In this document: positions 62,593 through 64,000 of the stretch, piece after piece | Layout: every line of letters begins with the position of its first letter | Numbering within the stretch: the stretch's first letter is position 1 | Source of the DNA: Macrostomum lignano | Taxonomy: Eukaryota | Assembly: GCA_002269645.1 (NCBI GenBank) | Contig: NIVC01003980.1 | Coordinates: forward strand, 1-64,000 | DNA: 64,000 nt | Direction: 5' to 3' | The notes under the pieces: model-generated | The model's database searches: none | Seen by the model: only the letters and a program-made list of their open reading frames with translations | What the model was told of the DNA's origin: nothing | Made by a program: the position numbers and the translations under genes

Positions 62593-64000
62593 TTCTAGGA
62601 TCAACTAACAAAAATTCTAATCGATTATTGACGCTGGGCGTCGTAAAAAAGTCTGTCTCTATCTTGCTCTTGTTTGTCTTCAAACACTGTTTCAGTCTCC
62701 ATTTCTGGCTGTTTCTTGGATCCTCATCCTTTTTAAAGGCAAGTATAATCTATATGAACTCCCGGTTAGTTTCAGAGTAAAAACAGAAATCTTCATTTAT
62801 AATATAACGTCCAATAGGCTGATGTATTTTTATCTATCTATCGAAATTCGAAAATATTGAACACAATTATAACTTTGCATTTATTTATTTATTTATATTT
62901 ACCTATTTAGTTCTACTGTATTAAGCGAGTTGAACAGCTAATGTAAACTGCTAATGTAGTTTATGGTTGAAACTATGGCAAGTAAGAGACTATTAAATTA
63001 GTAAAAGTCTTCTTAGTTTTTGTCTCCGTGGTCTGGGGCTCCTGTCTGTCCGCTTCTCTCCTCAAAAATCTGTCATTGAATTCAATTTTTATTTGAGTTT
63101 AACCCTGTCAGTGAATTGTTTAGAGAGAAAAAAATTATAAAAATAAATAAAGTTTCACTGTTATGAGTCTATGAATCAACTTATTGTATAAGATGCACAC
63201 AATTGCACCTGGATTTCATATACAATTATACTTGGTACCTTTAAATTTGTACTGTTGCCAGTTATTTGTGTATGTTTACTTTTTATTTCTACTGTTGTAT
63301 TTCTACATCATTAATAATAATATTATTATTATGGTTACTGAAGCCTGTAAGATCATTGCTGTTCAACACCGACTTGGAATAGTAGTTATATTTAGTATAA
63401 CCCCTATAATCAAAATTTAAATAATTAAACCTTTGACATATTTGCTTTTGTCTCGCATTCTTACTGTCTTCTCTTATACACTAGCCTCCTTAATCCTTAA
63501 ACTTTATTTATTTGGTTACATTTGTTTGTTTGCAAACGGCATTGTGTAATGTTTGTGTTGATGTGTTTGTCAATGATTTTCAAGCACTCTTAGCATAACT
63601 GAACCAATTTCACCTGTTTAGCCAGTAAGCTCTAATCTGATTTTAGGCAGCCAGAAATTGCATTTCTTCGTCAACTTTGTGGAAACTTCACTCTCGGAAG
63701 GGCGTCGTTATTGTCTCTTTAACTGAAAATGTACTTCAGCTAAACCTCACCTGCCGCTCAAAAATACATTTGTCTAGTGTCTTTGCCCATTGTGTTGTCT
63801 AATAATTAATGGTCATTAATCCTATATTCATAATCCAACTGATTAATGCATTAAGTTGACTCACTTTGCCCAGTTCCGGTTGTCATAATCATACACATAT
63901 TATACTGCATACAAATGTTTGAATAACACGAATGAAGAAGCTTCAAGTAGGCAATGGTGTTGACTTTGTGCGCTTTTCAATTCGCGGCTTTTTGAGTCCA

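Overview
Animal genomic DNA (spliceosomal GT-AG introns, metazoan gene families). The very short introns, poly-Q/poly-A proteins and dense minisatellites resemble the flatworm Macrostomum, but that species guess is inference. Four genes are recognisable by motif. (1) A small secreted WSC + PAN/apple protein (5823-6560, +). (2) A roughly 27 kb multi-RGS-domain RGS22-like gene on the minus strand (ATG about 38911, ending at 14332 or 11993), with many phase-0 cassette exons and microexons. (3) An MBD5/6-like gene (44183-53655, +) whose MBD is split by a 7.3 kb satellite-filled intron. (4) Enhancer of Polycomb (58146-62592, +). There is also an unidentified minus-strand gene at about 2.4-4.0 kb and a terminal exon at 1-279. 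Introns and intergenic DNA hold two tRNA-derived SINE families, several MITE families (hAT-, Mutator- and TA-TSD types) and more than a dozen tandem arrays. Several genes carry single-base frameshifts, probably long-read consensus errors. The most striking observation is two intronic islands (about 40.9-44.1 kb and 58.5-60.8 kb) where repeat copies show heavy C>T/G>A mutation, including outside CpG. This resembles a RIP-like or non-CpG-methylation footprint. No CRISPR array, rRNA or true tRNA gene was found.
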